Assembly: GCA_947479455.1 (NCBI GenBank)
Contig: CANJZE010000002.1
Span: 29,458 to 93,457 of the forward strand
Reading direction: 5' to 3'
Source: Bacteroidota bacterium
Lineage (GTDB): Bacteria > Bacteroidota > Bacteroidia > Chitinophagales > LD1
DNA length: 64,000 nucleotides
Both the position numbers and the translations under genes were made by a program. The notes below the pieces were generated by a model that was not told the DNA's origin, did no database searches, and was given only the letters and a program-made list of their open reading frames with translations. Below are positions 9,874-21,900 of this stretch, piece by piece; position 1 is the first letter of the stretch; each line of letters opens with the position of its first letter.

Positions 9874-9910
9874 GAAAAGTAAGTAAGAGAAGGAAGTGCG
9901 GATGGAATGC

Positions 9911-10246
9911 TTAAAGAAGTTCTTTCAGCTGCTCGAGAAAACCACGCACCTCTTTTAGTTTTTCGATTACACGTAGGTTGTTTTCTTCTCCCGAAAATTT
10001 AGATTTCAAGTGTGCCTTAGCTCCATCTAAAGTAAAACCCTTTTCGCGTACGAGATGATGAATGATTTTTAACTTCTCAATATCGGCTTTGGTAAACGAA
10101 CGATCGCCTTTCGCATTTTTTCTTGGTTTAAGGATGTCGAATTCCTTTTCCCAATAGCGAATTTGCGAAGCGTTGATGTTCAACAACTCCGCCACTTCTC
10201 CAATCGGGAAATAAGCTTTTTCAATTTCTTTGTCTTTCCAAGCCAT
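9911..10246 (-). CDS. MerR family transcriptional regulator
   Basis: YFPIGEVAELL..NASQIRYWEKEF...GDRSF...EKGFTLDGAK. Confidence 0.9.
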   Translation of the reverse strand: MAWKDKEIEKAYFPIGEVAELLNINASQIRYWEKEFDILKPRKNAKGDRSFTKADIEKLKIIHHLVREKGFTLDGAKAHLKSKFSGEENNLRVIEKLKEVRGFLEQLKELL

Positions 10247-11982
10247 CAGAATTCATTTCTACGATATGCCAAATTCATTCGCAACCCAACATTAAACATA
10301 AAGGATGAATTTCCCGTTTGTGGATTGTTGATTGATTTTAAAGTTGATTTGCTCCGGTACAAAACTTCGGCATCAATATAAATGTTGTGCCACGGTTGAT
10401 AGCTCATAAGCAATTGAAAATAATTGATAGTTCCACTTGCTCCATCTCCAATTTTTTTATGACCGAACGGTTGCGCGGTGGAAACATAATCCGAACTCAC
10501 CAAAATATTTCCTCCAAAATTGGTGATGTCACAAGTTGTGCATGGTGTTATACCAGGATTTACAATAGTATCATCACCTACTTTAGCTACAAAATATTTT
10601 GCATTGAGTGAAAGTTTAGGAATAGGTTGATAATGTAGGTTCAAAATAATTTCATAAAAATTTGCTCCAAGAGGATGAGCTAGGGGTTGATTGTAGTGCG
10701 AGTAGTTGATATCAGCGCCATGGGTATACATGAATGGTCGCGCTATGTTTACTTCAATTTGCGCATCAAAACCCGGAGCAATATCTATATATTTTAAACC
10801 CCACTGCATAGCCCATTTATTTGCCCACCAACCATTTTTTGCAACTGCGTTTTTGAAGTTGAATTCATCCAAAACAAATTGTCCGTAAATGGAAAGATGA
10901 TTGATGGCATTGAACTTCCAATCAATACCAAGCAGTTCGTTGTCGGGACTACCAAGTGCATGTTCAACAGCACGATAAAAAATAATCGGGTTCAGATATT
11001 GCAACTCGAAGTGGTTACTTCGGTTCATCACTACGGCTTCGAACAATCCAATGTTCATCCAATTTGTAACTTGAATGCTGAGGTGATGTACCGCCATATA
11101 TTTTTTAGGCAGGAGTTTATCGCCTCCACGTTTGTATTGCGAATTAAGCTCAGCAAAAATGCTCGTGTAGTTAAACCGCCAAATGTTTACGTTGAATTTT
11201 AAAAATAAATAGGGCGCTGCAAAATCAGAGAGCATCATAGAACGCTGACCATTGCCAATAAAAAATTTATCGCGACCAAACGAAAGGTTGAGGTACTTCA
11301 ACACATTCACATTTATATAGCCACGCGCATCAAAATAATCTATACCATCGTTGAACTTAAAAGCTTTTGAAGAGTAATCTTTCCAATAAGCTGTGCCAGG
11401 AACAAACTTGTAAACTCCATTTGAATATTTATCAGAAACGTAAAAAGGTAAACGTGCCGAATTTCCTGTAGCATTGAAATAAAAACTAAACACGCGCATA
11501 ATATTTCCCCGAACTTCTAAACCAACTGCGCGGGTAAAAATAAAGCGACCGTTAAGTGATTCATAACCAACGTTAGCGGCAACAATTGGATTGAAACGCA
11601 AATCAAAAAGACCTTTTTTCTTAGACCGTACATGCGCAAAACTTGCCGGCTCACGATACAAAACTTTAAACAGTGGCTTTCGTGTTTTGCTTTGCAAGCT
11701 ATCGAGCCACTCGGCATTATCATCCACTAACCATTGTAGCTGATATTGTTGAACTTTGTTGAAACGAAGATTAGAAAGTAAAAGTGTTTCGGCAATTTTA
11801 GCTGCGGTGCCGCGATGAAAAGGTTTATCGGCCGTGTGTTCTATGGGAATAATTTTTCCGTATTTAATATCTAACCGTTCCAGGTAACCAATGCCGTCAG
11901 AACCAAACGGAATAAAAGTGCCTTGTGAAAAGGAGTACAAAATAAGCGTAGAAAGTAGAAGTGTGAGAAGAGGTTTCTGCAT
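10246..11982 (-). CDS. Predicted outer-membrane beta-barrel protein (Wzi/RemB-like)
   Basis: Signal peptide, amphipathic beta-strands, GRDKFFIGNG, QYLNPIIFYRAVE, LAHPLGANF, terminal F; family assignment from memory. Confidence 0.6.
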   Translation of the reverse strand: MQKPLLTLLLSTLILYSFSQGTFIPFGSDGIGYLERLDIKYGKIIPIEHTADKPFHRGTAAKIAETLLLSNLRFNKVQQYQLQWLVDDNAEWLDSLQSKTRKPLFKVLYREPASFAHVRSKKKGLFDLRFNPIVAANVGYESLNGRFIFTRAVGLEVRGNIMRVFSFYFNATGNSARLPFYVSDKYSNGVYKFVPGTAYWKDYSSKAFKFNDGIDYFDARGYINVNVLKYLNLSFGRDKFFIGNGQRSMMLSDFAAPYLFLKFNVNIWRFNYTSIFAELNSQYKRGGDKLLPKKYMAVHHLSIQVTNWMNIGLFEAVVMNRSNHFELQYLNPIIFYRAVEHALGSPDNELLGIDWKFNAINHLSIYGQFVLDEFNFKNAVAKNGWWANKWAMQWGLKYIDIAPGFDAQIEVNIARPFMYTHGADINYSHYNQPLAHPLGANFYEIILNLHYQPIPKLSLNAKYFVAKVGDDTIVNPGITPCTTCDITNFGGNILVSSDYVSTAQPFGHKKIGDGASGTINYFQLLMSYQPWHNIYIDAEVLYRSKSTLKSINNPQTGNSSFMFNVGLRMNLAYRRNEF

Positions 11983-12015
11983 AAACTATTTTATCTCCAT
12001 GAATTTGATTGCGGT

Positions 12016-12047
12016 CAAACGTAAACGAAATTTGTTTTGTTAGCAAA
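12016..12047 (-). promoter_or_regulatory. Promoter (-33 TTTG, -7 TACGTTTG) of the Wzi-like/MerR genes
   Basis: TTTG at 12047-12044, 20-nt spacer, TACGTTTG at 12023-12016; marks the downstream boundary of the Rhs gene run. Confidence 0.65.
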
Positions 12048-12091
12048 CAGAGTAGCCACAGGTGCAGTAGCGTTGGTGTTTATAATCTACA

Positions 12092-12673
12092 TCAATTGCG
12101 CGGTCGCAAATACACCGAACCCAGCAACCCTTTTTTCATTTCCAACTCAACCAGTTTGCCATTTTTATAATGGTAGTAGTAAGTAATGCCTTCCTTCATA
12201 TCGGCTTCATAAGTTCCTTCTCCTGTTTTTTTGAGCGGCCGCCATTCTCCTAATCGTTCTGAGAAAACACGTTGCGAATTACACGGCTCGGCAAAAAACA
12301 ATTTCACGGTGGAGCAATCAATATCGGGTTGAATACAAAACGACTCGTTGTTGCGTTTCAGGATGTAAGTACGGTTCTGCTGACGATTGATGGTTGTTAT
12401 ATGCCGTTCATCGTTTCGGTTATGCTCGGAGTAAGACGAGAAAAGCAAACTGCTTTTGTAAACTATATCGTAATTCAACGAAATTTTTCTTGTGGTGAAA
12501 AAAATATGCGCTTCAGAATTGCTTTGTAAAGTGTAAGCGGTAACGCTGTCGTTTTTTACAATTTTTTCGACACTTGATAAACCGATATTATTTCCGAATA
12601 AAAAAATATCGAAACTCAGTTTTTGAGAGAAGGAATAACTGGATAGCAGAAGAAATAGAAAGACGTATCGCAA
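12092..12673 (-). CDS. Secreted DUF6134-like protein (paralog 2)
   Basis: Signal peptide; FDIFLFGNNIG...LFFAEP...VFSERLG...YHYKNGKL; paralogous to 12688-13266. Confidence 0.65.
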   Translation of the reverse strand: MRYVFLFLLLSSYSFSQKLSFDIFLFGNNIGLSSVEKIVKNDSVTAYTLQSNSEAHIFFTTRKISLNYDIVYKSSLLFSSYSEHNRNDERHITTINRQQNRTYILKRNNESFCIQPDIDCSTVKLFFAEPCNSQRVFSERLGEWRPLKKTGEGTYEADMKEGITYYYHYKNGKLVELEMKKGLLGSVYLRPRN

Positions 12674-12687
12674 CTCTTTAAAGATTT

Positions 12688-13266
12688 TTACGGAACCAAT
12701 TTCATAAACACACTAGCCCCTTTGCTCATTTCCAATTCATAAAGCACGCCTTTTTTGTACCTGTAAATATTGGTGATTCCATTGGCTAATTTACACTCGT
12801 ATTCTCCTTCAGCTGTTTTAACGAAACTGCAAATTTGCCCAATACGCTCTGAAAATATTTTTACTTTACCTACGGGCTCGTGATAGTATAATTGAATAGA
12901 GGAAAAATCGAGTTGTTGACTAAGTTGTAACACTTCTTCCCCTTTTTTAATAATGTATTTTGTACCGTTCCACGCCACGCTTACAATTTCAATTACTCCG
13001 TCTTTTACATTTTTGCAATAGGACGAAATCATTTTCCCGTCCTTATAAATTACATCGGTATGCGTATCCGAAGTTTTATGTGTGAAGAGAATATTTACAT
13101 CGCTTTTGCTTTGCAATTTGAATTGCACTTCGCCATCGCCTTTGTCAATTCGCTCAACAATAGTTTGACCTATTTTTTTTCCAAAAAGTTCAATTTCGAA
13201 AACATGTTTTTGTGCGGGCAGCACCAAAGCATACAAAAAAAACACGGGCAACAAAAGTGATTTCAT
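12688..13266 (-). CDS. Secreted DUF6134-like protein (paralog 1)
   Basis: Signal peptide; FEIELFGKKIG...LYYHEP...IFSERIG...YRYKKGVL. Confidence 0.65.
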   Translation of the reverse strand: MKSLLLPVFFLYALVLPAQKHVFEIELFGKKIGQTIVERIDKGDGEVQFKLQSKSDVNILFTHKTSDTHTDVIYKDGKMISSYCKNVKDGVIEIVSVAWNGTKYIIKKGEEVLQLSQQLDFSSIQLYYHEPVGKVKIFSERIGQICSFVKTAEGEYECKLANGITNIYRYKKGVLYELEMSKGASVFMKLVP

Positions 13267-13319
13267 ATTGCCCGTGAATTTAAAATGAAAATTGAATCGT
13301 CTTAGAACTTATAAAAAAT

Positions 13320-15995
13320 TTACCAAACCACCGCCAACCTCGTAGTGAGAACCACCTCGTTAAACGGCAAATCGGTAACGAAATAATTTTGGTAATGATT
13401 GTAGCGAAGGTTGGTGGAGATGGTTAAATGTTTCAGGAAGAAATAACTCAGGTCAAGTTGAGTACCTACACGGTAATCCTGTCCGAAATTTTTTGCCATG
13501 TCCATATTCAATCCCGCATTAAAATTTTTGAAAGGCGAACTCATAATGCCTGCACCAAATTGAATTTGCCGTGTAGTTGCAATTATATTTTTCATTTGGT
13601 TGAAACCAACATTCATTAAAACAGTTACCGGAAATTTAAAGGTGATGCTTTGTGTTGCCATTATGTTGTGCAAAGTGTAATCCGAAAAACTTGTACTGTC
13701 GGCATTGCTCATCATCCATTGATAATTGATGGATGTGCGCATATTGGTTTTTGCAATTTTATAACTGTAACCCGATGATGCAGCAACCGTATGTGTAAGT
13801 TGATTAGCGAAAGTGCCAAACCGCATGTTGCCATTGTAATCAATCTTAAACGTAGGCAACTTGCGCATATTGAAAGAAATGCCTGCACCATAAAAGTGTG
13901 TGGTGGTTGTAAATCGTTTCGATGAAATCAGGTTGTCAATTTCATAACGATACTTGGCAGTTGCCTTCATTCTGTTCTTCCAGAAACTTTGTTCTACTCT
14001 GCCACCATATCTAACAACATCGTTGCGTAAAAACGGAACGCCAAAACTTTGATAGCCCGGGCCAATGTATTCGGTAAACACAGAAATCATACTTCCCTTC
14101 CAGAAATTAAAATCGCCACGTGCACTGTAAGCGTAATCGTAACTGGTAGAAAGATTTGGTTTTAAGAACGTAGGAATTTTTTGATACCAACTGTTCTCTA
14201 CTTTCAAAGTGGAATCGTTTCTGTTGCGGTTGAAAGCAACGCCCGCACCTTCACCCAATAATTTTATTCTGCCTTTCCAAAAAGTCAACTGCAACTCTGC
14301 GCCCAACACATCGTTTTGCTGCGGACGAACAGTTGATGTAACATCAACAGGCAGTGTATTTGCTTTATCAAACGAATGAATATAGCTGATGAAAAAGTGC
14401 GAGCGCTCTACTTTACCAATTCCAATTTTTCCTCCAACCATCCAGCGCTGGTAAGCCGACTTGAAAATATCGAACAGGTTCTTCGCACCAATGTGCGTAT
14501 TGCCTCCGGTAACGTTCAAAAAGAAAATGCTCGGGTTAATTTCAATAGCCCCACCCTGCACTTGTATGCCGTTTAAAACAAGTGGCGAGTAATAAGGATA
14601 CACAGTACCTATCTGCAACTGCCGCACTCCGAAAAATAATTTGTTGATACCAGTAAACATGCCGCGCTCCATTAAATTTTCTTTCAGCACGGTGGGGTCA
14701 TTCAGTCTTCCCAACTCGGCATAGCTGCCTGCATTTGCACTCGACAAATTTTTCTCTAAACCTTCCAGATAATTTTTCTTTTCAGTTAGCTGCTGAAACT
14801 GCTGTGCAGTTTCTTTTAGCTGATTCAACTTGCCCAACATTTCTTCATATTGCTTTTTCTTTTCTAAAGCTGATTTCAATTTTTCGTTGTAGCCGTTCAA
14901 CTTTCCTAATACGGAATCTTTCTTCGTTTCTAATCTTTGCAAACGCGCATCTAAACTATCACCCAAAGTTTTCTTCTGCTTCTCTTCTACCGAATCTTTA
15001 GGTACGTATTCCGCCAATTGATTTTTGGCATCTACATACTCTCCTTTCAGTTTATCGTAATCAATTTTATCGAGCGCATCAGTGGCTTGTTGTGTAATAG
15101 CAGAAACCGATTCGCCAATATTGCTGTATTCACCATTTTTAATTTGTCCTTCAAGCGAAGTAATCTCCGAAGTATTTAGCGACATCCCTTTGAGCGACTC
15201 ATTGATGCTACCCAACTCTGCCACCTGTGCATATTGTTTGCTCATGCCCGCCATATTCACTTTGGTTTGCTCCATTATTTTGCGCTCCACCATTTGGCGC
15301 AGATTGTTTTTGAATCTATCTGCATCAAACTGAAACGAAACAGCAAATTGATTTGGGCGGGCGGCAGTTCTTTCTGTAGTGTAATACAAATTCATACTCA
15401 CCGGCACATTGACAATACTCACACCCGGTTGTGCTTGTATGCGCACTAAATGCGGAGGCATTACTTGATTTGTACCTTGACGATTGCTAAACACATGCTC
15501 TACACTTGCGCTACCATACAACTGAATTTCTTTCGGTAGTTTTAAAAATCTTTTTTCAGCAACAGTATCTGTATTTGTTTGCGTAAGCGAAATACAATCC
15601 TCACCAACTTCTTCGCCATTGTTAGGCGCTTTAGCTACGGTGCAAAATTCGTAACGACCATCGGGCAATCTTCCATAGAGTTCTAAATGTCGCTTCACTT
15701 GCGCATCATAAAATTTGATGGAACTAGTGCGCACCATAGTGGCATCTAAATTCTGAACACCTTCACGTAAAACCAGTTTATCACTTTCGGTTTCTATCAA
15801 CACCTTGCCGTTGTCATCCGAAATTTTCCCGAACAGCTGCACGCGATTGGTTTCATACTTCACTTGTAGTTTCACGTTCCAGCACATAGAAGCATCTAAT
15901 TGCTGAACCGCATTGGGCGAGTAAGTGAGTTGCGCAAATAAGGACACCACACAAAATTGAATCGCAAAAAAGTTGAACAGTTTTTTCATACCCAT
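13320..15995 (-). CDS. Large predicted outer-membrane beta-barrel protein with an N-terminal Cys-pair domain and an internal coiled coil
   Basis: Signal peptide; K/E/Q/L-rich heptad region (~aa 225-430); alternating amphipathic strands to a C-terminal W; start 15995 or 15989. Confidence 0.7.
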   Translation of the reverse strand: MGMKKLFNFFAIQFCVVSLFAQLTYSPNAVQQLDASMCWNVKLQVKYETNRVQLFGKISDDNGKVLIETESDKLVLREGVQNLDATMVRTSSIKFYDAQVKRHLELYGRLPDGRYEFCTVAKAPNNGEEVGEDCISLTQTNTDTVAEKRFLKLPKEIQLYGSASVEHVFSNRQGTNQVMPPHLVRIQAQPGVSIVNVPVSMNLYYTTERTAARPNQFAVSFQFDADRFKNNLRQMVERKIMEQTKVNMAGMSKQYAQVAELGSINESLKGMSLNTSEITSLEGQIKNGEYSNIGESVSAITQQATDALDKIDYDKLKGEYVDAKNQLAEYVPKDSVEEKQKKTLGDSLDARLQRLETKKDSVLGKLNGYNEKLKSALEKKKQYEEMLGKLNQLKETAQQFQQLTEKKNYLEGLEKNLSSANAGSYAELGRLNDPTVLKENLMERGMFTGINKLFFGVRQLQIGTVYPYYSPLVLNGIQVQGGAIEINPSIFFLNVTGGNTHIGAKNLFDIFKSAYQRWMVGGKIGIGKVERSHFFISYIHSFDKANTLPVDVTSTVRPQQNDVLGAELQLTFWKGRIKLLGEGAGVAFNRNRNDSTLKVENSWYQKIPTFLKPNLSTSYDYAYSARGDFNFWKGSMISVFTEYIGPGYQSFGVPFLRNDVVRYGGRVEQSFWKNRMKATAKYRYEIDNLISSKRFTTTTHFYGAGISFNMRKLPTFKIDYNGNMRFGTFANQLTHTVAASSGYSYKIAKTNMRTSINYQWMMSNADSTSFSDYTLHNIMATQSITFKFPVTVLMNVGFNQMKNIIATTRQIQFGAGIMSSPFKNFNAGLNMDMAKNFGQDYRVGTQLDLSYFFLKHLTISTNLRYNHYQNYFVTDLPFNEVVLTTRLAVVW

Positions 15996-15997
15996 GT

Positions 15998-18900
15998 TTA
16001 ATGTCTTCCTCTTCTTCCGGTAGAACCGCCTCCAGTGGTCATTCTACTTGGTGCCACATCTTCGTCAATATGCTCGCGTCTTATCCGGTCAATTTCGCTC
16101 ACCATGTGAATTAGAAAATCTGCTTGTTGCACACTTAATCCTGCTTTAAAAAAGGCATCGTAAGTATCGCCTGCGTGGGACATACTCATCGAGCCCCATC
16201 CGCCAACTTCGGCTACTACCATTACCGCACCTGCCGAATAAAAATAGCCTGCCGCCATTAATGCTCCGGCACCAACATCTAACCCTAACCCAATGGAACG
16301 ATCAACGGCAGTTCCATAAGCACCACCCTCCCATGCTACATAAATTTGATAAACGTCCCAAGCTGTTGAAAGGAAAGAATGCACTGCCAGCGCGGCACCC
16401 ACACCACGCATAATGCGCCCTCGTGTGGAGGCACGGAATGCGGCTCGCTCTGCACGCGCAGCTTGTTGCCCTGCACGCAATCTGGCTGCGGCATATCGCT
16501 CATAGCGTGCGCGTGCCGCGGTGCCTGCTCTTCCTCTTCGAGGCATATATGCTGCTCGCCTTGCGGCATCCCGAAGACCGGTAGCACGCAAAGCCAATTG
16601 CAAACCGAAATAAGAATCTAACGCTTCATGCACAAATTCAACAGTGGAAGTAGCGTTACTTTGCAAGTATTCACTCACTTCGCCTACACTCGTAAATGTG
16701 CGCACCTGTTCTTCGCTCGACTCAATAGCACCTGCAGGCATTTCCAAAATTTGTAGTGTGCCATCTTCCATCAGTTCGCGGGCAATGTGTGTCAACATTT
16801 CATCCATGCTCATGCCTTCCATCAAGCGCATATCACGCGTGGCAATTTCCATCAAGCGATTGCTAAATTGTTGTGCGGTTAAAGGGTCTGCACCATTCGC
16901 ATCGCCTACCGAAATTGGATTATTCATAAACGCCACGTAAGGTGACATATCGGGGTATTTGTTTTCCATTGGGTCTACACTCATCCATCTACACACACGC
17001 GGGTCATATTGGCGAAACTCGGTTGTGTATGAATTACCATCACCAGCCACTGCTGAATCGCATTCCATTCCTTGAAAACCGTAACGATAAGTTCTAGTGC
17101 CAAAACTTCTATTCGGCATCACCATGCCAAATGGATAATAATCTGTAGCTGAAATAATATCGGCACTACTCACGCTTGAAGTGCGCACTCGCTTATCGCT
17201 TACTACTGCTTGCACATCGCCAGAGTGATTAACAATTTCATACCGTTTCAGACCGCGTAAAAAAGAATCGCGCACCGCTGTTTCGGTTTGAACTATTTCA
17301 TTCAAATTGTACGAACCAATTCGTGCTGAACCGTAAATGTTGATGTTCTCACAACGCAATTCACTGCCGTTAACTTTATAGGAAGCCAGTGTATTCCCTT
17401 GCGCATCGTTCACATAAAATTCCACGCCAGAAGAATTTTTCCGCCATGCTCTGTTGCCAAAAGCATCGTAACCATATTGAATAGTTTCGCCTGCAATTTT
17501 TTGTACTTGCTTCAATTTGTTTTTGTTGTTCCATTGTAACAAATCAAGCTGTCCGTTCAAATCACGTGTTAATCTTCCGCAGTTATCGTAGCGGTAATTT
17601 CCATCAGCTTGGTCGTGTAAATCATTGCCTACTACTCCACCAACGGCATCATCAATGTAGCTTAAGCGGTTGTTGGTAGGATAGTTGTAAGTCAAATTAT
17701 CCATGTCTGCCCCTTTTCCTCTTCGCAGTAACGTGGCAATATTTCCATTGGCATCGTAGCTCAAATTCATTTTGTAATCGTCTGAAAAAGTTCCGCCAAT
17801 ACTGTTGGATGTGTTCGAGGCAAAAATCATTTTCATTTCGTTCAACCGTCCGGCTTGGTCGTATTTAAAACCACGAGCCGCCATTTTTTCATTGCTCAAA
17901 ATACCACCAACATTCAACGTTGAAATCGTGTTTTGAATAAACCCATTATAAAGCGGTTTCGAAAATCCTGTAGCTAAATCACCTGATGTTGTTGTGCTGA
18001 ATTCTGCGGCTGTGGAAGAAATTGATTTATAATCTTCGTTGAAATAATTTAAGCTCTCACCAAACACATCAGCCATAAAATGTCCGTGCGCGGCACCGCT
18101 TCCTCCATCATTACCTATATCATTCAACACATTTGCGTTGCCGCTGTTAATGCCCTTCATCATGCCGTTAATAGTATAAGCGTAATCAATGCCCTGAATT
18201 TTTTCGGCACCCAATTCTACACGCGCTAACAAACCATGCGGGTAATAAAAATATTGCGCATCGAGTTCGCGAAGTGTTTCCATTTCGTTAGGGTTAGTAC
18301 CCGTTTGCACTTTTAATAATTTGCCATCATCATCATATTGATACCAATGAATAAACTGGTCGCTTTGATTTTTTTGATACCAAACCCTTTTCACTTTTCC
18401 CGAAACCAAATTATAGTCATAGCTTATTTTTTTGATGTTGCTTCCGATAGTGGAAAAGGCGGAAGGGGCTAACGATTTTACTTGTCTAAGATCTTGCACC
18501 ATGTTGCGCGTGTTGCCCGCTACATCGTAATCAAAATAAATAGCGTGAGCCATAGTACCGTTTACCTCTTCGCTGGTAATAGAGGCTACACGATTGCGTA
18601 AGTTCTTTTTAGTCGAAGAGAAATAACTAGTCGCCACTGTGGGCAAAACATCGTAAACAGTTCTGGTTATTTCAGCTTTTGCTGAACCAGTTAAATGTTC
18701 TGTTTCATTTTTAAAATCTTGATACAATTGAAACGAAGGAAGTGTTCCCGAAAAATTTCTTCTGCCCGATTCATACACACGGTCGTTAGCGTCATACAAA
18801 TTAAAAGTGCAGGCGTTAGCAGAAACTTGCACGGCATCTTGACTCATTATTGTTCTTCCGTTTTGGTCGTAACAAAAACGGGTAATACCTTCATCGGGCG

Positions 18901-21900
18901 AATTTTTTTGCACCAATTGATTGAACGAATTGTAACGATAGGTAGTAGCCATTGTGTGCGAAGGCAGAGTTGGTGTGCCACCACTTCGTCTATAATTTCT
19001 CACTGAATTTAACTGCGCATCAGTCAACAATTGCACACCCTTTGGCGAAATTGTTTTTATCAAATTTCCAGCGCGGTCGAAATACGAAAGAGTGATTTGG
19101 TAAATAGCATCAGTGTAATTGGCACTGAAGTTTTCAGCCGCGCGCAAACAATGTTGCACTAAAGTTTGCTCAAAAGAATCAGCCGCCATTTCAGCTCTAT
19201 TGATTTCATCGCGCAAGCGATTGGTTTCTGCCACATCATGCGCATCTTGCCCGCAGGTTCTTTCAAAATTCATTTTAGGCACTATAGGCAAGCAACATAC
19301 TCCGGTATGCGAAGATTGATTTCCCGATTGGCAGCATTTATAAAGTGTGTAGCATGAAGTTCCTTGAATTTTAAAAATAGCTCCGTTCGATTTTCGTGCG
19401 GTCAAAATAAAATCGCTCACGTTGCAAGTAGTAGTAGTGGTAACACGGCTGATATCAATAATTTCTGCCACATCGTTAAACGAAAAACCGGCAGTAAGGA
19501 CACGCAACACAAATGGACAATTCACCGTACGCGAATCAGTTCCGGAAAAAGTTCCTGAAGCGGGAAGCCCTAAAACACGCACAGCTAAATCAGCGGTGAG
19601 CACTCTATCACTTTCGCTGAGAGAAATAAATTTCCATGTCCATCTATCTGCACGTGCTGTTTGTTCACGCAATGCTTCACCAATAGGTGAGTGATAAGTG
19701 CGCGCATCGCGCAACAATAGATTTGTGTTGCGAAAACGATTTGCTTGAAATATATATTTCATCAGCACCGCCATTTCATCAGCGGAAGCTTGCTTGACAC
19801 AAACGCGAGTTGTAGTTGTCATCATAAAATCCATGCAAGAACTATTTCCTGTAATTTGAAAGACAGAATCTTCTTTTGTTCTACCACGCAACGTAAAACT
19901 GTGCGCATCAATTACCGAGAAGCAATCGAGTTGTATAATACTGTCCCAATCGTAAGCGGCAGACTTATTTAAGTTGATTACACATTGCTCCCCTCGTGTT
20001 GTTGAAACTTTATACTGCAATGAATTGGCAGTCACAGCAGAGTTCCAACGATAAGCTAATGCCATTGAATCACTGAATAGTCTGGTCATTGGTTTTGAAA
20101 AGGCAAGTGGTGTAACTGAAGGTAAATTCAACGACTGTTTTAGTTTTTTCTCCAGTACCAGCGCATTTAAAAACGAAGTCAAATCATAGCCAGCAATTGA
20201 ACCTCCGCATTGGGTTCTCATTTGCGCGGCTGCGGCATTTCTCCATTCGCTTATCGAGGCTTCGGTAATGGAATCTATTTCTACCGGTAAATGCTCTAAG
20301 CCATCTTCTACATCATTAAAGCGTTTTGTTTTGTCTGCATACAGAACATTCGGAACAGCATCTCTGCTATCATTTCCAATTTGATTGTTTAGAAAAAAAC
20401 CTCTGGCAGTTATCCAATTTCTTCGCGCGATATCATGTGCTTTATGTTTTTTCAACAAATAGAAGTCACGATAGAATGTCCATTCCTTATCCGCTACTGT
20501 ATAGCGTGTATACAATGCTTTTCCATGCACACTATCATACACTTGTGTTGCTGAAAGATTGACGTTATTGCAATTCACGGCTAGATAAACGGCTTCTTCC
20601 ATTTTCAAAAAACCAAAACCTGTAAGCGGTAGAAAATTATCGAGCGAATTAGTAAGTGTTGAAACTGCTGAAGGCTCCGCTCTAAAAAACGGGTCGTTTG
20701 TTTCGCGATTCGTTAAGTGCTCAGAAGTAGCCTGAAGGTATGTATTCGTTTGTTGCGCCAGCGAATCATAACTGTAACTATCCTGATGATTTATACACCA
20801 ATTGTAGTAAGGGTATTCGGGGTGATAAGCCACCAACGCTTCTGCCCATTGCGGTTGCCAGTATCGAATAAAATCTTCCACTCGATTTAGAAATCTCGGC
20901 TTCACAAAACGTTTTCCATCACGGGTTAAGATTTCTACATCGCGAAAATCCGGTGTGCCGTCATTGGCAATTTCAATGTAAGCCACACTGCCATCTTTGT
21001 TTTGATAGTCGAAAACAGGATTGCGCCAGTTGCCGTTTACTATTGGTAAACTGTTGCTATCATTCAGAACAGAAACAGAAAACGCTCTGGGATTTACGAT
21101 GTCGCGTGCCGTGGCCGTGTGGCGTAAAGTAGTATCCATGTATTCTCCATATTGCCCGCTTGGGCTTACATCACTCAATAGCACTTCAAGCGCAGTAGCA
21201 CATGGCGAAGGTGGACCTGTGTTGCAATAGCGCGTGCAATTACCATCGTTAGCCGCTCTTCTGTTCACCGCTAAATGCATATTCAAAATAGAACCATCGG
21301 CTTGGCGCACGGCATAATTTCTACTCGTATCGATTGTGCTTAGCGGGCAAGTATTACATGGAGAATTACACGGGTCGCTTGCTCCGCCTAAACCCGCACT
21401 GGGCAAGTAAGGAGTAAGCGGCAACACACATGGATGTTGCACTTTATAATCGTTTACATATTGCTGAATAGCATTTCTATTCACCGTCAATCGCTTGCCA
21501 ACAAAATAATTTCCTGCATTCAACGTAACGGTTTGATTCAAATTTACGGAGGCAGCCGCGCAAGTATTTAAGGGCGTAAGTGAGCCTATAGTTTGTGTTT
21601 TGCCCCAGACAGAATCGCCACATTCATTGCGAACAATAATTTCTAAATCGTAAATACAATCGTAACAGAACGAACCACCACCACAATAATTTCCGCTGAA
21701 AGAAGGGGCGGTTAGTGTGTAAGAAAATTGCACCGTGGAAGTTTTTGAAAGCAGCAAACTATTTTGACTAACGAGTGATTGTGTTGCTTCATACACACGA
21801 TTATCCTGCTCAATTAAATTCAATTGAATGTTTATCGCTTCACCATGCGACACAGCGGCATAAGCCAAAGGTGGATCGCCTGCTAAAGCTGTTGCTACCA

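Noticed and set aside
16336-16940. Small ORFs overlapping the Rhs tip as immunity genes
   Set aside because: They lie fully inside the Rhs CDS, are explained by local GC richness, and show no protein-like features
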